Shown: piece by piece, positions 59,219-59,417 of the stretch
How positions within the stretch are numbered: position 1 is the first letter of the stretch
How the letters are laid out: every line of letters starts with the position of its first letter
Source: a virus
Length of the DNA stretch: 59,417 nt
Direction: 5' to 3' (one strand)
IMG/VR virus record: IMGVR_UViG_3300003322_000298
Coordinates: 1 to 59,417 of that record
Notes under the pieces: generated by a model
Database searches by the model: none
Told to the model about the DNA's origin: nothing
The model's input: the letters and a program-made list of their open reading frames with translations, nothing else
Position numbers and translations under genes: made by a program

Positions 59219-59266
59219 TAGGAGCCCTGACATAGAGGCGCACTCGCAATACAGCGCCTACGTGAG

Positions 59267-59417
59267 GCCTCGCTCACATACCCCCGGGGGGTGTCAACCT
59301 AGGAAAAACGGGTCTGCTTCTCGACCTGCCGCCGACCTCATTCGCGCCTTTTTTATTCGGACCGGGTTTTAAACACAGTCGCCCCGTTTTTCGCGCTATT
59401 CTTGCGACAACAGCAAC
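59267..59417. repeat. terminal direct repeat copy 2 (identical to 1-151)
   Basis: Base-by-base identity with 1-151. Confidence 0.95.

Overview
The window is a complete, GC-rich tailed-phage genome, siphovirus-like, with HK97/lambda-type morphogenesis genes. Bases 1-151 are identical to 59267-59417, so the unique length is about 59,266 bp and the contig is circularly closed or terminally redundant. Almost all genes are on the + strand and tightly packed, with many ATGA/GTGA stop-start overlaps.

Layout:
- 168-11561: packaging and head genes. These are terS, terL, a prohead-protease/major-capsid fusion, portal, two collagen-like proteins, connector and adaptor.
- 11561-15327: a six-gene glycosyltransferase/methyltransferase island inside the structural operon.
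- 15337-25706: lambda-like tail module with a G/GT -1 frameshift, tape measure, NlpC/P60 protein and J-like protein.
- 25734-29940: lysis region with membrane proteins, a secreted beta-helix protein, an SLT endolysin and embedded Rz/Rz1.
- 29955-31822: a short leftward four-gene cluster of unknown function.
- 31823-32555: a 730-nt non-coding divergent region.
- 32556-58979: a long rightward early/accessory arm. It holds a Rad52-like SSAP plus YqaJ exonuclease, DUF2493, a NinB-like protein, Gp37/Gp68, DUF1643, RuvC, a C5-methyltransferase, an HNH endonuclease and many small ORFs.
- One well-formed tRNA and two imperfect tRNA-like genes.

I saw no integrase, repressor or replicative polymerase/helicase.

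Most notable observations:
1. The sialyltransferase-fold/GT9/methyltransferase island in the late operon.
2. A C5-methyltransferase locus where a second 250-codon ORF in the +1 frame also carries recognisable protein motifs.
3. A canonical tRNA with an amber-reading CUA anticodon. The terL TAG stop lies in frame with the downstream protease-capsid gene.
4. A duplicated, mosaic gene module with CCHC zinc-knuckle proteins and conserved gene-junction sequences.
5. Two long structured non-coding regions.

All family assignments come from motif recognition by eye and need HMM or structure confirmation.
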